This document shows, piece after piece, positions 63,411 to 64,000 of a DNA stretch of 64,000 nt. Where the stretch lies: contig CAWGSK010000002.1 in assembly GCA_963825055.1 (NCBI GenBank), positions 128,001-192,000 on the forward strand, given 5' to 3'. Position 1 is the stretch's first letter. Each line of letters opens with the position of its first letter. Under the pieces are notes generated by a model that saw only the letters and a list, made by a program, of their open reading frames with translations, did not search any database and was not told the DNA's origin. This stretch comes from an uncultured Gemmatimonadales bacterium. Its GTDB lineage: Bacteria > Gemmatimonadota > Gemmatimonadetes > Gemmatimonadales > GWC2-71-9. The position numbers and the translations under genes were made by a program.

Positions 63411-64000
63411 ATGAATTTCGAGAAACTCAAGGACGCGGCGCGGAAATACGAGCAGAAAGAGGATTGGCGTCGGGCCATCGAGGTCTATCAGAAGGCCATC
63501 CAGGAATTCGAGTCGGGGCAGGATCCCAACCCCGACTTGTCGATCTATAACCGGGTGGGCGACCTGTACATGAAGGCCTATGAGCCCTCGAATGCCGTTC
63601 AGGCGTACGAGCGGGCGGTGGACCTCTACGGCGACCAGGGCTTTCTCAACAACGCCATCGCGCTTTGCGGAAAGGTGCTGCGGGTCAACCCGGGGCGGAT
63701 CCAGACGTACCTGAAGCTGGCGTACCTGCACGCACGCAAGAACGTCGTCATCGAGGCGAAGCGGAACCTCATCGAGTACCTGGAGCGGATGCACACCGCG
63801 AACCAGCTCGACGAGGCCTTCAAGGCGCTCTATGCCTTTGCCGACACCTTCCCGCACAACCAGGAAATCCGGGAGATGCTGACCGAGTTGAGTCGCGCCG
63901 GGCTTCGCAGTCCCGACATGAAGGCCCGGCTCGAGGGCCTCGGGGCGCACCTCGAGGCCGGGCAGGCGCCGCGCCCGTCCCGGGTCCAGACGAACATCCA
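63411..64000 (+). CDS. TPR-repeat protein, truncated by the window end and absent from the ORF track
   Basis: Open frame MNFEKLKDAARKYEQKEDWRRAIEVYQK...YNRVGDLY...GFLNNAIALCGKVLR runs to the end of the window. Confidence 0.85.
   Translation, partial: MNFEKLKDAARKYEQKEDWRRAIEVYQKAIQEFESGQDPNPDLSIYNRVGDLYMKAYEPSNAVQAYERAVDLYGDQGFLNNAIALCGKVLRVNPGRIQTYLKLAYLHARKNVVIEAKRNLIEYLERMHTANQLDEAFKALYAFADTFPHNQEIREMLTELSRAGLRSPDMKARLEGLGAHLEAGQAPRPSRVQTNI

Overview
High-GC bacterial chromosome segment. Gene content and protein style suggest Gemmatimonadota or another FCB-group bacterium (inference). It is almost all housekeeping genes on the + strand. In order: PHP hydrolase, two SDRs, trxB, a PAS hybrid kinase, MBL hydrolase, GT4 plus flippase-like protein, aspA/fumC-family lyase, moeB-rhodanese, tRNA-Leu(CAG), smpB, amidase, pyrD-pyrF, a free-standing rpmJ-rpsM-rpsK-rpsD-rpoA-rplQ operon, rpmB, a nucleotide-sugar cluster (gmd, rmd-like, WbpD/E/B/A-like, ugd, uxs, epimerase) interrupted by carB-murB, bamD-nadD-secA, radC, relA/spoT, EVE-uvrB-tsaE-tsaB-rimI, ssb, LysM protein, tol-pal-cpoB, a lipoprotein and hutH. 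I saw no integrase, transposase, reverse transcriptase, CRISPR array or prophage. Four things stand out. (1) An antisense four-helix-bundle (23S-IVP/Avd-like) gene is bracketed by inverted GTTGAGTS 8-mer arrays, and the same arms occur empty 33 kb away; both belong to a wider set of polarised intergenic 7-9-mer arrays. (2) One 1167-aa ORF fuses TatC, through an internal signal peptide, to an LptD-like outer-membrane barrel. (3) Several promoters look leaderless. (4) There is a short Cys-rich zinc-finger-like microprotein and a probable CTG start that the ORF track misses. All calls come from motif recognition by eye; no database searches were run.
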